Positions 62,499 to 64,000 of a stretch of 64,000 nucleotides of DNA are shown here, piece by piece. Numbering within the stretch: position 1 is the stretch's first letter; every line of letters begins with the position of its first letter. The DNA is from Podarcis erhardii (taxonomy: Eukaryota), in NCBI GenBank assembly GCA_964252035.1, contig OZ176216.1. One strand, given 5' to 3'. Under the pieces are notes generated by a model, which saw only the letters and a list, made by a program, of their open reading frames with translations, did no database searches and was not told where the DNA came from. The translations under genes were made by a program, and so were the position numbers.

Positions 62499-62673
62499 GA
62501 CAGTAAGAGATGTTCAACAGCAGGATGGGCTATTTTGGAAGGTTGAGGACTTTCCTTCATTGGAGGTTTTTAAACAGAGGTTGAATGGCCATTTATCATG
62601 TTTGCTTTAGTTGTAGTTTCTGCATTGCAGCGGTTGGACAAGATGTCTCTTGGGGTTCCTTCCAACTCTACAA
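62499..62673 (+). mobile_element. CR1 3' fragment
   Basis: ctgacagtaagagatgttcaacag...tccttcattggaggtttttaaacagaggttgaatggcc...ccttccaactctac. Confidence 0.75.
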
Positions 62674-62730
62674 CTACACCAGAGGGCTATTCAAGGACCC
62701 AGTTGTGCAGAAGAAGTGGTATTTCTTCAC

Positions 62731-62749
62731 CGCCGCCACCTGGTGGGCA
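62731..62749 (-). promoter_or_regulatory. CTCF-like motif
   Basis: Minus strand reads TGCCCACCAGGTGGCGGCG, matching the CCACCAGGTGGCR core and retaining CpGs. Confidence 0.5.
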
Positions 62750-63143
62750 CAGTTATGTGCTATAGCCTGTGCTATAGCACATTCATTGCAAGACATTCAC
62801 GGTCTGCTCTCTACCTGCTATCTTGCCGGTTTCATCATCCAAAGCTCACTGGAAAACAAGGGAGCACTTCGTTCCTGAGAGGACACTTGGTGGCAATTGT
62901 GGCAACGGTCCTGCCCATCTCACCATTCCATAGTGGAACTAGAGCCTCAATAGGAGCACCAAACATTTCAACCAGAAAATCCCCAGAGCATTCAGGTATC
63001 CATAGGATTCCACAAATCTCTGTAGAAGGACCATCAAAATCACTCTCCTATCTCTTCATTGGGGTACTGCCACTGTCAACTCAAACTTTACTAGGAGATG
63101 GTCTGACTGACTGTGTATAAGGCTGCTACTTTCACACCCCCAA

Positions 63144-63468
63144 CTAAGGAGTAAACCCTACACAAATCCGGAGCAGAGTACCTAAGATGGTTGGATGGTG
63201 TGTTGTTTGCCTCTTTCTGGCAACTCCTGCAGCCAAGCTGGTGCCACACATACTGCTTTCCTTTCAGTTGGACCACATCAGCAAAGCCGAGAGGGTGGTA
63301 TTGTTGTTTGGGCAGCCCAGGACCTCCATACACACTGCCCAGGCTTGCATCCCGGAGATGTCATTTGGGTGCTTCTAATGCAGCAAAAACAACACAGGAG
63401 GCAGCAGTTAGGAGTTACCAGTCCCTGCAGACACATTTCATTGTCTCTCAAGACAGATGGATGCCAAC
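63144..63468 (+). mobile_element. RTE-clade-like non-coding retroposon segment, copy 2
   Basis: ctaaggagtaaaccctacacaaatccggag...ggcaactcctgcagccaagctggtgcc...agacagatggatgccaac; collinear with 48862-49230. Confidence 0.65.
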
Positions 63469-64000
63469 AGTTCTCAAAACAGATGAGTCCTTCACCCTCA
63501 TATATGTCCCATCCTTCCTCCAAGGCATTTGGGGTGCATACAGAGGCCCCTCTCCCTTTATAACCCTATGATGTGCATTAGTTTTGAGAGATTAGTTAGA
63601 ACTGTCCCAGGTTACTCAGCAAGCTTCGCGAACCCAGTCCTTCCCAGTTCTGTGGAACGCTGCCACTGGAAATTAGGTGTGTACCATACTCTTGACTTAA
63701 GGGAGGTCAATAGCAAAGAGATTTTAAATCCCAACCCATTTTAAGGATAAGGGAAGTATGACCCAAGAAGGCCTTTGTTACCACTCTCTGGGCCTTGTGC
63801 CATTCATATGGAAATACAGTATGTTAATTGCCCAGGCTCTTTATTTTCCAAAGCATCAAGTTAACAAAATGGTCTGTCTTGTTATGGTCCTTTTATCCTG
63901 TAAGGTTTTATAGCTGGCACTCTAGAATTAAATATGAAAGATTTCCATAATACTGATGATTCCTGTTTAAGTGCTCTCTTAGAGGGCGTTGATTTCTGTT

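Noticed and set aside
62650-63120. 156-aa ORF
   Set aside because: It begins within a CR1 tail, shows no domain features, and its length is compatible with chance.

Overview
This window is vertebrate genomic DNA, most likely from a squamate and probably a lacertid lizard. That call rests on two Sauria-type SINEs with (ACCTTT)n tails, CR1 (ATTCTATG)n tails, MIR/Squam3-like SINEs and squamate-type hAT and Tc1/mariner MITEs. It reads as intronic or intergenic sequence. I recognise no host protein-coding gene, and the ORF track is chance ORFs plus L2 reverse-transcriptase remnants. The window is a mosaic of old L2/CR1 fragments, young nested MITE/SINE insertions, 5S-rRNA- and tRNA-Lys-derived SINEs, a probable solo LTR, microsatellites and several repeat-free, motif-rich blocks that look like conserved non-coding elements. 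There is a 169-N gap at 23973-24141. The most striking signal is a minimal hammerhead-ribozyme core of the Penelope-like-element type at 23906-23941, right beside the gap, with other Penelope-like traces elsewhere. Also notable: a 26-nt retroposon insertion with an 11-bp target-site duplication (TSD), a 31-bp-stem hairpin in a MITE nested in a SINE, a ~108-nt hairpin inside the putative LTR, and a 27-nt microexon candidate. Family names come from my recall of consensus sequences, not from a database search.
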